A stretch of DNA of 64,000 nt, taken from Lama glama. Its lineage: Eukaryota. Shown here piece after piece: positions 63,428 through 64,000 of the stretch. The notes below the pieces were generated by a model. It was not told the DNA's origin. It saw only the letters and a list, made by a program, of their open reading frames with translations, and made no database searches. Every line of letters begins with the position of its first letter. Position 1 is the stretch's first letter. Position numbers and translations under genes: made by a program. The stretch covers positions 18,726,001 to 18,790,000 of the forward strand of contig CM052817.1 in the NCBI GenBank assembly GCA_028534125.1. Reading direction: 5' to 3'.

Positions 63428-64000
63428 ATTTTTGTTATATATGTAATTTTTACATACATACATGTTTATTATATGTAAAATGTTTATTATATGTAAATTT
63501 TACCTCAAAAAGATAAAAAAGGATCCACAGCAAATATCAAACTCTTGTAAATGGTGTCTATGTGTAAATATTTAGGAGAAAGTGCACTGATGTCTGTAAC
63601 TGGCTAAGAAATACACTGACAATTGGATTAATGGGCAAGTTGAGGGATGGATGGATGCATAGATAGGTACATGGTAAATCAAGTGTAGTAAAATGTTTGT
63701 TGTAGGCAGTAGTAGGTTAGTTTTAGGTCTCTGTGTTTACTATAAAATCATTTCGATTTTCTATATGTTTAAGAATTACAGTGAAACATGGAGGGGGCAT
63801 GTGTAGGTTAGGGGTAGCGATACTGTGCAGCAGTTCTGCACCACACCCCTGCTTGCTCTCTTTACTGTCCTCTGGGCACTGAGGTTGGACTGCACTACAA
63901 CACTCAGATTACAGGATAGATTAATCCTTACTGAGTTTAGGAACTCACTTTGGCCCCAGAGCTCTCTCTTGCTATTTTCCAAACCTAGATTTTGAGAAAT

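Larger units (their letters stand above)
62540..63795 (+). mobile_element. L1MC4-like LINE-1 3' end interrupted by an MLT1D LTR
   Basis: tgtccatcaacagg...ctcagaaacattatattgagtgaa before the LTR; aagtgcactgatgtctg...gagggatggatggatg...gtaaaatgtt after it. Confidence 0.8.

Noticed and set aside
1..64000. Most ORFs in the six-frame track as protein-coding genes
   Set aside because: They are short, many use non-ATG starts, many lie in repeats or low-complexity sequence, and I recognise no domains apart from L1 and ERV-L relics.

Overview
This is AT-rich, CpG-depleted mammalian non-coding DNA, intronic or intergenic. It is most likely camelid, based on a Vic-1-type tRNA-derived SINE at 6275. There is a 500-N assembly gap at 30492-30991. 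I recognise no host protein-coding exon, RNA gene or CRISPR array. The only recognisable proteins in the ORF track are retroelement relics (LINE-1 ORF2 C-termini, ERV-L gag), and short ERV-L pro/pol/dUTPase peptides can be read by eye. The window is densely covered by interspersed repeats: L1, L2, CR1/L3, MIR, MaLR/ERV-L LTRs, and hAT and Tigger DNA transposons. Family names come from recalled consensus sequences, not a database search, and most boundaries are approximate. The best-supported structures are a two-LTR, internally deleted ERV-L provirus (about 2.16-4.83 kb), an LTR-int-LTR MLT1 element carrying a young L1 (about 12.3-15.6 kb), several nested insertions, and short recent tandem or inverted duplications. 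The best candidates for function are a CpG-retaining segment with minus-strand splice signals at 46.2-47.4 kb, a near-consensus CTCF site at 58.29 kb and a perfect DR1 element at 41.68 kb. I found no convincing previously undescribed biological system.
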